Below are positions 41,037 through 50,166 of a DNA stretch of 64,000 nt, one piece after another; positions within the stretch are counted from its first letter, which is position 1, and each line of letters begins with the position of its first letter. Source of the DNA: a virus. The stretch covers positions 14,383 through 78,382 of the IMG/VR virus record IMGVR_UViG_3300050821_017219; one strand, written 5' to 3'. The position numbers and the translations under genes are program-made. The notes below the pieces were generated by a model that saw only the letters and a list, made by a program, of their open reading frames with translations, searched no databases and had not been told where the DNA came from.

Positions 41037-41393
41037 ATGGCCGACATTTACGACACGCTGACCCCCGCCGACCAGGCAACGGTTCGCTCGAAGCTGCTCG
41101 CGATCGTGCAGTCGAAGCCCTGCCCGAACGTCGACGTGACAGGCATCACCACCGTCGACAGCCTCACCAGCGCGGACAATCGCGGCATCGCCATCGATTG
41201 CTTCCAGCAAGCGCACAAGGTTGGCGCCGTCGCAGGCGCGCTCGATCAGGCGACTTACAGCGCGCTCGTCGGATGGTGGCCCGCGCGGCCGTTGTGGCAG
41301 AAAGCGGCGATCGTCGGCGGAGGCGTCGCAGCGGTGGCGGTTGGATACCATCTCATGGCGAAGCGAAGCCGTCGGCGTCGGCTAAGTCGTTGA
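41037..41393 (+). CDS. Peptidoglycan-binding-like domain with C-terminal TM and basic tail
   Basis: AIDCFQQAHKV..VAGALDQATYSAL resembles PG_binding_1; TM followed by KRSRRRR. Confidence 0.6.
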   Translation: MADIYDTLTPADQATVRSKLLAIVQSKPCPNVDVTGITTVDSLTSADNRGIAIDCFQQAHKVGAVAGALDQATYSALVGWWPARPLWQKAAIVGGGVAAVAVGYHLMAKRSRRRRLSR

Positions 41394-41459
41394 TGTAAAC
41401 GTCTGAAATTTCAGACAATTTTCAACTTTCAAACGCAAAAACAACCAAACGAGACTCCG

Positions 41460-41858
41460 ATGACGAAGAAACATCAGACGTACATGATCGTTGGTGGCGT
41501 CGCGCTCGCGGCGCTCGCCGTCGGTGGCATCGCCTACGCGCGCATGAAGGCGGCAGCGCCTCCAGTTCCTGCCGGTCAGCTTCCCGCCGGGACCCCCGCG
41601 ACCACTTTCACCGCCGGTACGAAGTACACCTTCGCCGCCGTCCTCCCCGCGGGCGCGACCGACCAGGCGACGCTCGTGACGATGCTCCACACCGCAGGGT
41701 GGCAGACGCCTGCGGTCATCTTCTTCGGTCCGACGAACACCGGAACGATTCCGACCGGTCTCGAGGCCAACACGTCGGGGTACGTCGCGACGGGCATTTG
41801 GCAGGGCCCCGCCACACCGGTACCGGCGGGTGTCATCGCTGTCGTGTCGCCTCCGTGA
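41460..41858 (+). CDS. N-terminally anchored small membrane protein
   Basis: TM IVGGVALAALAVGGIAY followed by a beta domain. Confidence 0.7.
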   Translation: MTKKHQTYMIVGGVALAALAVGGIAYARMKAAAPPVPAGQLPAGTPATTFTAGTKYTFAAVLPAGATDQATLVTMLHTAGWQTPAVIFFGPTNTGTIPTGLEANTSGYVATGIWQGPATPVPAGVIAVVSPP

Positions 41859-42259
41859 TCGACGCTGCGGTCTCCTCACAGCTTTCGACGCTTCGCTTTC
41901 GGCAAAGTCTCGTCGACGCTGCGCCATCGCCCGGCGGCAGTAGCGAAATCGTCGCGCTCGTTCCGTTCAACTTCGCGACGACGACGTTGGTGCTCGGCCC
42001 AATCCACGCTGGGTGGGTCGTCAACGAGGTCGTCTACGACATCCTGACGCCCTTCGCTGGCGCAACGGCGCTGAAGTTCGGCACGTCGACCAACGCGAGC
42101 CTCTTCTTCGAGCTCGATACCCCCATCATCGGCATCGCGCAGCAGTACGTTTCTCCGCTCATCATCGTCGCTCCGATCAACGATATCCTGCTGTTGAACG
42201 TCAGCGGTGGCGCTTTGGCGGGCGCAGGTTTACTGTTCTACCGGATCTTCACGCCGTAG
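41855..42259 (+). CDS. Small beta-sandwich virion protein (paralogue of the 42270 C-terminal domain)
   Basis: GTGA coupling; motif match to the C-terminus of the next gene. Confidence 0.65.
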   Translation: MIDAAVSSQLSTLRFRQSLVDAAPSPGGSSEIVALVPFNFATTTLVLGPIHAGWVVNEVVYDILTPFAGATALKFGTSTNASLFFELDTPIIGIAQQYVSPLIIVAPINDILLLNVSGGALAGAGLLFYRIFTP

Positions 42260-42269
42260 GTAAGACCAG

Positions 42270-43085
42270 ATGGCGAACGCATTTCAACGACTTGCCGGCG
42301 TCATCGCCAACTTCTTCCAGATCGGCGGCCCCGCCGGCCCCGGCTGGAACGCGAACGGCGGCGCCATCGAAGGCCGCAACGCCGCCAATTCAGCGTTTGC
42401 GATCGTTCGGGGCGCGACCCCCGTCGGCGACAACGACCTGACGACGAAGACCTACGTCGATACGATCTTCAAGCCGATCCCCGTCTCGCTTCAGTTCAAC
42501 GGTGGCAGCGCGCTGCCGAGCAACAGCGGCACCGAGCAGTACTACGTCGTCACGACGACCGGGGTCAACGCGACCATCGGTCAAGTTCTCTGGGATGACG
42601 GGTCTGGCGTTGGAACGGTCACCGTCCTTCCCGCGAAGACGGGCAACGAGATCGTCACGACGGCTTCGTTCTCTGGCGGCACGATCACGCTTCAGTCGAA
42701 CCAAAACTACGTCTGGTCCGGTACGGCGTGGCTCAACATCTCCCCCTCGGTTGCTGGCGCGCTCCTCTGCATCCGTCTGCCGATCACCAATGCGGCATCG
42801 CAGAGCTCCGCCACAACGATCCCCGCCAACGCCGTCGTCGCGCGAGCGCTCCTCAACATCACGACCCCCTACTCCGGTGGCGCGACCATCTCCGTTGGCC
42901 AAACAGGATCGACGGCGCTGCTGATGGCGACGGGTGACAACGTCGCGACGCTCGCCAACATCTACGACGCCCCCCAAGACACCGCGTGGGGCGCGAGCGC
43001 GCTGGCGTTGCTCGTGACCGTCGGTGGCGCGCCAGCTGCAGGTGCTGGCTTCGCGGTTGTATATTACAGCATCCCGCAGGTTTGA
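42270..43085 (+). CDS. Beta-rich virion (spike/vertex-like) protein
   Basis: Strong C/G-ending codon bias, Gly/Thr/Ala-rich. Confidence 0.7.
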   Translation: MANAFQRLAGVIANFFQIGGPAGPGWNANGGAIEGRNAANSAFAIVRGATPVGDNDLTTKTYVDTIFKPIPVSLQFNGGSALPSNSGTEQYYVVTTTGVNATIGQVLWDDGSGVGTVTVLPAKTGNEIVTTASFSGGTITLQSNQNYVWSGTAWLNISPSVAGALLCIRLPITNAASQSSATTIPANAVVARALLNITTPYSGGATISVGQTGSTALLMATGDNVATLANIYDAPQDTAWGASALALLVTVGGAPAAGAGFAVVYYSIPQV

Positions 43086-43107
43086 CGCATGCAACTTCGA
43101 GTCTGAG

Positions 43108-43362
43108 ATGAGCGGTTTCAACAACAACAGCGGCACGACGCAGTCGTCTTTCGAGATCGGCGGCCCCGCCGGACCGGCGCTGCAAAGCGATCCGCTCGTT
43201 CAAGCGATCAATCTGCTCGACCCGACGGGAACGATCCTTCTCGCACTGCGAGCCGGTTGGGCCGTCAACCCCAACGACGTCGTGACGCTCGTGCGGCTGC
43301 AATCGATTCTGAATCCACCGCCGCCGTTGGGCGATCCATGGGCGTCTTCTTCCGCAGGATGA
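43108..43362 (+). CDS. Small protein paralogous to the 42270 N-terminal domain
   Basis: FEIGGPAGP vs FQIGGPAGP; shared DNA agatcggcggccccgccgg. Confidence 0.6.
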   Translation: MSGFNNNSGTTQSSFEIGGPAGPALQSDPLVQAINLLDPTGTILLALRAGWAVNPNDVVTLVRLQSILNPPPPLGDPWASSSAG

Positions 43363-43375
43363 TGGGGATGACATC

Positions 43376-44107
43376 GTGAGCCAACAAGGACCGACCGGCT
43401 TCATCACCTCGCAGGGGCTGCCCAACCCGAAGCTGCCCGATGGCCAAGGCGTGTTGGCTCGTGTTGGACCGCACCGTGAGGTCTACACGAACCTTGTGCT
43501 GCCCGACTTCAAGACGTCGGCGGACGAGGGGAGCTACTTCACGGGAACGAACGCAACGTTTGGCGCGGCTATAGCCGCAGCAAATCAAGCGGCCTTCTCG
43601 GCGACGTCGGCTATCTTCACCTTCTTGAACAAGGCTGGCGTCGGTGGGCCGCGAACCTATCTCGACTACATCCGTTTGATTTGCACGGCAGCTGGAACAG
43701 CGTCGGCGAGTATGCAAATCGGCGTCGTTACCGACGCGATCGTACGTGGAAGCGCCGGAACCCCCGTGACGTTGGTGTCGCCCAACCAAGACGCTGGTGT
43801 CGGCGCGAACACGCAAGTGCTCTACACCCCGACGGTAGCGGCTGCAGGTCTTGCTGCGAGAAACGTCGATCGCGCTTGCGCCAAAGGCGCAGGACTCGCG
43901 ATAGGCGATGAAATTCTGCTCGTCTTCGGAACCGTCGAGAAGTCAGCGAGCGCCGCATTCGCTGCAACAGCCGGGCGATTCGTGGTGCCGATGGCTCCAG
44001 TCATCCTTGGGCCTGGCAGCGTTCAGAGCGCCGTCATTCATGCGTGGTTTCCGAGTATCACCGCAGCAGCATCGTTCGAGTTCGCCGTTGGTCTCCTCGA
44101 ACGTTGA
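43376..44107 (+). CDS. Beta-rich putative minor capsid/vertex protein
   Basis: Jelly-roll-like alternating pattern, ends ASFEFAVGLLER. Confidence 0.6.
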   Translation: MSQQGPTGFITSQGLPNPKLPDGQGVLARVGPHREVYTNLVLPDFKTSADEGSYFTGTNATFGAAIAAANQAAFSATSAIFTFLNKAGVGGPRTYLDYIRLICTAAGTASASMQIGVVTDAIVRGSAGTPVTLVSPNQDAGVGANTQVLYTPTVAAAGLAARNVDRACAKGAGLAIGDEILLVFGTVEKSASAAFAATAGRFVVPMAPVILGPGSVQSAVIHAWFPSITAAASFEFAVGLLER

Positions 44108-44143
44108 TTGTCAAGCGCTTTCGCTGCTAGACTGACACCCATG
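44104..44143 (+). promoter_or_regulatory. Sigma70-type leaderless promoter (representative example)
   Basis: TTGATT-18nt-(TGc)TAGACT-7nt-ATG, no SD. Confidence 0.5.
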
Positions 44144-44617
44144 GCGAAGAAACCCGAGCAAGACCGCGCTCTCATCATCGTCGGCATCGTCGGCGCTGCT
44201 GCGGTCGTCGGAGGGGCGCTCTACTTCGCCTTCACGTCGCAGCCGAAGACAGCGACGGCATCGCAGGCCAACCCCACCCCGACGCCGCCAACGACCGACA
44301 CCGCTTCGGCGACTCCGCCAACGCAAGCGCCGTCGTCGACGACTTTCGCGATGCAAGTCACCGGCGACACGTCGATCGCGCTGAAGAGCGGTGAATCTGT
44401 CGCGCTTTCGTTGCCAACCGTTCCTGCGCCAGCGGCGATGTGGCAGGTCGTCATGGAGAACCACGACGGTCGTGCGGAATACACGGTGGTGGATGCGACG
44501 CACTTCAACGTGATCGCAGAGATGCCCGGCGTTTCGGTGCTGCGGTTCACCCCCATCAGCGCGCAGGGCGGATCGATCGGCCTTCCTGGCCTCAACATTA
44601 CGCTGTCGATCAGCTGA
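44141..44617 (+). CDS. TM-anchored Ig-like protein
   Basis: N-terminal TM, Pro/Thr linker, IALKSGESVALSL beta domain. Confidence 0.7.
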   Translation: MAKKPEQDRALIIVGIVGAAAVVGGALYFAFTSQPKTATASQANPTPTPPTTDTASATPPTQAPSSTTFAMQVTGDTSIALKSGESVALSLPTVPAPAAMWQVVMENHDGRAEYTVVDATHFNVIAEMPGVSVLRFTPISAQGGSIGLPGLNITLSIS

Positions 44618-45039
44618 TGAGCGCCTGGACGGGCATCATCATCGGCGGTCTCGTCGGTGGAGGCTTAGGTTTCGTCGCGACGAAATTCTTGTTGAAGAAG
44701 CCTGACGCTGGCGTCATCGGCGCTGCCGCAGCTGCGGGCGCGCTCGCCGGTGGCGCGTTGACCGCGACCCCCGCAACCGCCTCGTCGTCACCGACGTTGC
44801 ACATGCTCTTGTTGGCGCACGGCGACACCGCCCTCGCGACGAAGATCGGCGACGTCGTCGATTTGCTTCCCGCCGCTGGTTTGACGGTGAGCGCCATCGA
44901 CGCGCATGGCAGCGACGCCATCGTCGTTGCGTCGGTCAATCCCGCCACCGTCAATGCGGTGAAGCTCGGCGGTGCGCTGCTGGCGGTGACGCTTTCCGAC
45001 GCGTCGAAGGTCAACGTCAAAATCACCGTCGCCGCTTGA
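44617..45039 (+). CDS. Membrane protein with Ig-like C-terminal domain
   Basis: Gly-zipper helices then LATKIGDVVDLL...VNVKITVAA. Confidence 0.7.
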   Translation: MSAWTGIIIGGLVGGGLGFVATKFLLKKPDAGVIGAAAAAGALAGGALTATPATASSSPTLHMLLLAHGDTALATKIGDVVDLLPAAGLTVSAIDAHGSDAIVVASVNPATVNAVKLGGALLAVTLSDASKVNVKITVAA

Positions 45040-45078
45040 CTTTCGACGCTAGCGGCGTCTTGCGGTAGACTGAACGCC

Positions 45079-45345
45079 ATGGACATCAATGGCGGCGCTA
45101 AGGTAGGGCTCGCGACGGTGCTCGGAGGCGGCGCCGGTCTCGTCTTCGGGTTCTTCGTCGGTGAAATCCTCGACGTGAAACGTCCCGGTCAAATGTCGCT
45201 GGCGTTGGCGGCGCTGGGTGGGCTCACCGGCGCGATGGTCGGCGGAACCTTTGTCGCTCCGACGCCTGCGTCACCGACAACTCCGGCTCTGCAGCCCATC
45301 GCTTCGACGGCCGTGACGACTCCGCCGACGCCTGCGACGCCGTAA
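45079..45345 (+). CDS. Small 2-TM Gly-zipper membrane protein
   Basis: Two hydrophobic helices, Pro/Thr tail. Confidence 0.7.
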   Translation: MDINGGAKVGLATVLGGGAGLVFGFFVGEILDVKRPGQMSLALAALGGLTGAMVGGTFVAPTPASPTTPALQPIASTAVTTPPTPATP

Positions 45346-45349
45346 AAAG

Positions 45350-47653
45350 ATGAGCGACTTCTCGCCTTCGCTGCAAAACGCGGCCGCCGCCGGTATCCCG
45401 ACGACGCGGCAGCCGTATCTCGACGGCAACGCTGGCGTTCGCCAGAGCCTCGAAGCGATGGCGCTGAAGATGCGCGAGGGCCGCGTTGATCCTGCGGTAG
45501 TCGGTTGGGCGGGTGGCGTTTTGAAGGATGCGGGGTTGGACGGTCGCGACGGCTTTCCGATCCGTCGTCAAGTCTCGGCGTTGCTCGAAGCGTTGCGCAG
45601 CCAAGTCATTTACGCGCCCGATGCGTACGGCGCTGAAGTCGTGTCGAGCGCGGCTGCAACGCTCTGTCTACGACCGAACCTCTGTCTTCACCGCGGCGAC
45701 TGTTTCCCGAGCGGGACGTTGCTTCTTCGAGAAGACTACGAGCTCGTTCCGATCGAAAAGATCAAGGTAGGCGAGCGAATCTGGGGGCTCGACGGTTGGA
45801 CGACCATCAAAGCGACCGCCTTCAAGGGCAACCTCGCCGTCGACGCGATCGAGATGAACAACGGCTCGACGATGTTTTTGACCGGCGAGCACAAGGTCTT
45901 CGTCGGGCGATGCAAACACGATCGGACGATCTGCCCGTCGTGCTATCCGGCGCTACGACGAGAGCGCTTCGAGCGGGTCTCTGTTGCGGACCTTCAAGAA
46001 GGAGAGGTTCTTCTTCAACCCGAGCGAATCGCCTTCGGCTCTGAAGAACCAGATCCCGGACGCATGTATATCGAAGGGCTGTACATCTCCGACGGTTGGT
46101 CGGAAGAAAACCGCTTCGCCATCTCCGGCAAGGACGGCTGTCGAAAAGAAGCGCAGAAGCACGAGGTCAAAGCGATCTGTGAGCGGCTCGGCATCCCGAC
46201 CTACTGGCACAAGAGGTACATCCGCATCAACGATGCCGCATGGGCCAATCGTCTAGCGCAGCGTGGAACGCGTGCACGCTTCAAGCACATCGAGACGCTC
46301 AACCTCAACGAAGCCGCCGCCGAAGCACTGCTCCGCGGGGTTATGGCCGACAGTACCGCGAACACGAACGGCCCCGGTCGAACATTCTCGACGACGTCTC
46401 GAGAGCTGATGGTTCAGATGCGCATCTTGCAGCGCATGTTCGGCGTATCGACGGGGCTCAAAATGTTGACCCCCGCGCAACACGGCGGCGTTGGAACGCA
46501 TAATCTGTGGCGTCTCGGCGTCCGAGCGACGAACGGCCGTACCGAAAAAACGCTGGCCGTGAAGTCGATCGACCGCGCCGTCCGAAAGGTTCCGTGTTGG
46601 GACATCCAGACGGAAGACCACTACGTCTACCTCGCCGAGCATGATGTGACGGTCTCCAACTGTGACGATCTCGCCGTCGCGCTTGGTTCTGCAACCCTTT
46701 CGTTGGGCATTCCGACCGTCATCGTGAAGCAAAACTTCGGCGGCGAAAATCAAGAGCATGTTCTCATCGCCTTCCAGGACGAGAACCAAGAGTGGACCTA
46801 CGCTGATCCCTCGACGAAGCTTCCCGTCGGTCGCGCACCGCAAGGTGCCGTCGATGAGATCTGGATCGACCCGATGGGGCCGGTTGGACCGATTCCAGAG
46901 GCTGGCGCTGAAATCGTCACGCTTGGATCTGCGATAGCGTCTTCGTTTTCGTCTGAGATTCATTCGCCAGTCGAAAGACGGATGCATTTCGCCGGCAACC
47001 ATTGGTGGCATCACGATGCGTCGGGTGTCTCTGTCTACGTCGACGACGCATGGCTTTCGACAGGTCTCTCTGGAATCCCTTCCGAAGTCGGCGTCGGCAC
47101 CATCTTCGGTGCGCCAACGGTCAACGAGATGATCGATTTCGCTTCGGTGGTCGGCGCCGAGATGAAAGACATCGGCGCGGTACCGACGACGTGCACCGGT
47201 TGGCCGAAAGACCCCGTCGGCTACCAAGCGTGGCTGATGGACATGCAAGACACGATGGCCGAGTTTCAGACGGCGAGCGACGCAGCGTTGGCGAAATTCA
47301 ACTCGACGTCGAAGTATCTGCGCGACTTCACGTCGGCACCGGAGGAAATGAACGCGCTCGCCGATGTGGCTCGACAAATCACCGACTTGGATCGCCGACT
47401 GCGCGCAGCAACGGGTGGCGCCGGTTGCTCGGCCCCGACCTACGCCGACGTGCAGCAACCCCAGGCTATCGATTGGGACCTGCAGGGCTATCAAGGCGCC
47501 GACTTCGCCGCGAAGGTCGTCGAAAACGCCGGCAAAAAAATCGCAGGCGCGGCGCAACCAGCGGGCATCGCGTTTGGTGGTCTCATCGTCGGCGCTGCGC
47601 TCGCCGTCGCCGGCTTGATCGTGTTGGACCACATGCTGCCGTCGCGTCGTTAG
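45350..47653 (+). CDS. Transglutaminase-like cysteine protease precursor with intein and C-terminal TM anchor
   Basis: Spliced extein gives RGD-CDDLAVALGS...EHVLI...WTYADPS (Cys-His-Asp triad); C-terminal TM followed by PSRR. Confidence 0.82.
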   Translation: MSDFSPSLQNAAAAGIPTTRQPYLDGNAGVRQSLEAMALKMREGRVDPAVVGWAGGVLKDAGLDGRDGFPIRRQVSALLEALRSQVIYAPDAYGAEVVSSAAATLCLRPNLCLHRGDCFPSGTLLLREDYELVPIEKIKVGERIWGLDGWTTIKATAFKGNLAVDAIEMNNGSTMFLTGEHKVFVGRCKHDRTICPSCYPALRRERFERVSVADLQEGEVLLQPERIAFGSEEPDPGRMYIEGLYISDGWSEENRFAISGKDGCRKEAQKHEVKAICERLGIPTYWHKRYIRINDAAWANRLAQRGTRARFKHIETLNLNEAAAEALLRGVMADSTANTNGPGRTFSTTSRELMVQMRILQRMFGVSTGLKMLTPAQHGGVGTHNLWRLGVRATNGRTEKTLAVKSIDRAVRKVPCWDIQTEDHYVYLAEHDVTVSNCDDLAVALGSATLSLGIPTVIVKQNFGGENQEHVLIAFQDENQEWTYADPSTKLPVGRAPQGAVDEIWIDPMGPVGPIPEAGAEIVTLGSAIASSFSSEIHSPVERRMHFAGNHWWHHDASGVSVYVDDAWLSTGLSGIPSEVGVGTIFGAPTVNEMIDFASVVGAEMKDIGAVPTTCTGWPKDPVGYQAWLMDMQDTMAEFQTASDAALAKFNSTSKYLRDFTSAPEEMNALADVARQITDLDRRLRAATGGAGCSAPTYADVQQPQAIDWDLQGYQGADFAAKVVENAGKKIAGAAQPAGIAFGGLIVGAALAVAGLIVLDHMLPSRR
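45701..46660 (+). mobile_element. Intein (320 aa) with LAGLIDADG-type endonuclease region
   Basis: Block A CFPSGTLL, block B LTGEHKVF, IEGLYISDG and LLRGVMAD blocks, block F VPCWDIQT, ends VSN|C. Confidence 0.9.
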
Positions 47654-47660
47654 GCGTCGA

Positions 47661-48125
47661 ATGATCATCGTCAAAGGGAAGGCAGTCAGCTTCGACATGG
47701 CGAACGGCGACGAAATCGATGCGCCAGCGCGCTCGGCGATGTTGCACGATCCGCGCGGCAAATTCTGGCGTCGAAATTCTATTCTTGTTGCGCCATTCAA
47801 ACGCGGCGGCGGTGGTGAAGTCGACGGCGACAGCGACTCGAAAGACTATCTCGGCCGAACGCATCTGACGCGCGTCGGTGATGTACCGCTTCCCCCGAAA
47901 GAGTTGTCGGCCTGGACGTACGAAGGCGAAGTGAGCGAGATTTGGTACACGCGTCACGGCGCAAAGTACGGCGGCAAGCGGTTCCGCCACGCGTTCAACA
48001 AGTCGTTGCTCGGCCGGCTCGTGAAGGGAACCGGCAAGGCGCGGCTGTACAGCCGTGGTAGTCTCTACCGATTGGAGCTACCGCGCGGCGCCATTGTCGA
48101 TGGGAGAGGATTTTTATGGCCGTGA
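47661..48125 (+). CDS. Basic hypothetical protein (putative virion/core protein)
   Basis: GEVSEIWYTR...KRFRHAF; located in the structural block. Confidence 0.6.
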   Translation: MIIVKGKAVSFDMANGDEIDAPARSAMLHDPRGKFWRRNSILVAPFKRGGGGEVDGDSDSKDYLGRTHLTRVGDVPLPPKELSAWTYEGEVSEIWYTRHGAKYGGKRFRHAFNKSLLGRLVKGTGKARLYSRGSLYRLELPRGAIVDGRGFLWP

Positions 48126-48637
48126 TCTGGAAGTCTGTCGTCGGTTACGAGGGGTTGTACGACGTCTCTGACGAAGGACAGATCCGGCGTGTGGCGCCGG
48201 GGCGACGTACACACCCCGGGCGTATCGTTGTCGGTGGCGTCTCGAAGGGGCGTTACCGCATCGTCAAACTCTATCGAGGAACGACGAAGAGCGACTTCCG
48301 CGGGTTCTCCGTTCACGGTCTCGTCGCGGCAGCCTTTCTTGGCCCGCGTCCGGAAAGGGGCGAGGTGAACCACAAGAACGGCATCAAGACGGACAACAGG
48401 CTCGAGAATTTAGAGTACACAACCCGCCTCGGAAACGCGCGCCACGCAGCAGTGAACGGGCTGCTCCGAAACGGCGAACGAGTCGTCGGCTCCAAGCTTA
48501 CGGCCGACAATGTTCGCTCCATCCGCGCTCTGTCCGCTTTTGGCGTTCCGAAGCGACGGATCGCGAAGATGTTCGGCATCGCGCATTCGACCACGCAAAG
48601 CATCATCGACCGTCGTTGGTGGAAGCACGTCGCATGA
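48116..48637 (+). CDS. NUMOD4-HNH homing endonuclease
   Basis: WKSVVGYEGLYDVSDEGQIR, VHGLVAAAFLG, VNHKNGIKTDNRLENLEY. Confidence 0.92.
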   Translation: MAVIWKSVVGYEGLYDVSDEGQIRRVAPGRRTHPGRIVVGGVSKGRYRIVKLYRGTTKSDFRGFSVHGLVAAAFLGPRPERGEVNHKNGIKTDNRLENLEYTTRLGNARHAAVNGLLRNGERVVGSKLTADNVRSIRALSAFGVPKRRIAKMFGIAHSTTQSIIDRRWWKHVA

Positions 48638-50166
48638 TCGATTATTCGCGCATGATTGACGCCAGCCGCAACGCGCCCGAACACGCGGCATCTGCGCCCG
48701 TCTTCTACGAAACAGCGAAGACGAAGACGCGCGCGCGTAGCCGTCGTTTGACAAAGCGCAAGAAACAAGCTTCACTTACAAAAGCGCGCGACCGGAAATC
48801 CACGAACCGTCGTCGTCGAAGCACCCCAGGGAAGGCTGCATCGATGGCAAAGCGAAGAATGTCGAGAAAGCAGCGCGCAGCGGCGCTGAAGAACCTCAAG
48901 AAGGCTCGCTCCGCCCGTCGGAGCAAAGCTTCTCGGCGCGGGATGCGCGTTCGGCTTCATCGGAAGTCGCCCCGTCGGCGCCGCTACATGACCGGCGGTG
49001 GTGTGAAGACGAAGCGTCGTCGTCGCCGCAAGGCCAAGCCGGAAGCAGAAGCAACACCGAAGCGTCGTCGGCGTAAGTCGGGCGGCAAGCGGAAGTCGGC
49101 CAAGCGAGTCGCGGCTGGCAAGAAGGCCGCTCGTACGCGCAAGCGCCGTCACTCCCGCAAGGGTGGCGCACCGAAACGCCGTCGTCGTCGGTCGCGCAAA
49201 GCCTCGGCGGCTCCCCGGCGGCGGCGTCGGCGTTCACGTCGGTCGTCTCCCCGTCGTCGTCGGCGCAGCCGCAAGACCGGTCGGGCGATGTCGATGCGAC
49301 TCCCCCGTCGGGCGCGCAAGGTCTACGTCGTCGCCGCCGAGAAGCGCCGTCGTCGTGGACGCGGCCGTCGTCGTCACGGCGCGATGGAAAATCCGCTCTC
49401 TGGCGTCGAGCTGTTCGTCGGAAGCCTCTTCGGGTTGACCGGCTTCGCCATCGGCGATCTCACCGACCGCCTCATCGCGACCCACGCGTTGACGTTGAAG
49501 AGCGCCGCGACCACCACCACGCCGGCCCTCTACGCCGACAACCCCCCGACGACCGGCAGCTACGCTGGCCTCTTCAATCCGACGGCGATCACTTCGCCGA
49601 TGAACCTCCCCCGATGGGCGAACGCGGTCGGTGCTCCGGCGCTGATCTTCACCGTCGCACACTTCGTCAAGTCGCCGGTCGCGCGCAGTTCGATGCAGTT
49701 CTTCGCCTTCGGTTACGGCGTCCGTGGTGTCGGCAAAGGCATCATGGACCTCATGGCCAAAGTGACGACCAGCTTCGGCCTCGGTCAGCGCCTCTACGAC
49801 GGCGAGATGCGAGCGCAGGTGCTCAAGGCCAACAGCGGCAGCAACCAAGCGGCAGCGCTTGCGAACTTGCCCGCCGCTGGCCTCGGTCAACCGGCTCGGC
49901 AATTGGCGGTAGCGCCTTGCGCCAATTGCGGCAATTGCGCGAAATGCAAAGCAGCAGCGGCACCGAGCGGCGTGGGTTGGCCTTCGCAGCCCCGCGAAAT
50001 CACCAGCCAGTCGACGCAGACGCAACCGCAGGCTCCCGTATCCGCGACTGCCCCACCGCGTCAGCCCCCGCCTCCCCCCAACGCTCCTCCGATTCGACAG
50101 CAGTCGTTTCTCACCGGCGCAGCGGCGCATCCTACCTACAAGAAGTGGGGCGGCTACGATTTGTGA
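48634..50166 (+). CDS. Arg/Lys-rich protamine-like protein with C-terminal hydrophobic domain (putative DNA-condensing core protein); alternative start 48844
   Basis: About 180 aa dominated by R/K/S with SPRRRR-type motifs, then AMENP, hydrophobic helices and CxxCxxCxxC. Confidence 0.75.
   Translation: MIDYSRMIDASRNAPEHAASAPVFYETAKTKTRARSRRLTKRKKQASLTKARDRKSTNRRRRSTPGKAASMAKRRMSRKQRAAALKNLKKARSARRSKASRRGMRVRLHRKSPRRRRYMTGGGVKTKRRRRRKAKPEAEATPKRRRRKSGGKRKSAKRVAAGKKAARTRKRRHSRKGGAPKRRRRRSRKASAAPRRRRRRSRRSSPRRRRRSRKTGRAMSMRLPRRARKVYVVAAEKRRRRGRGRRRHGAMENPLSGVELFVGSLFGLTGFAIGDLTDRLIATHALTLKSAATTTTPALYADNPPTTGSYAGLFNPTAITSPMNLPRWANAVGAPALIFTVAHFVKSPVARSSMQFFAFGYGVRGVGKGIMDLMAKVTTSFGLGQRLYDGEMRAQVLKANSGSNQAAALANLPAAGLGQPARQLAVAPCANCGNCAKCKAAAAPSGVGWPSQPREITSQSTQTQPQAPVSATAPPRQPPPPPNAPPIRQQSFLTGAAAHPTYKKWGGYDL

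Noticed and set aside
46253-47800. Long antisense or alternate-frame ORFs (515 aa here; also 49234-50265, 51598-52641, 4541-5533, 16755-17687)
   Set aside because: They overlap well-supported genes, have no motifs, and are expected in high-GC DNA with few stop codons
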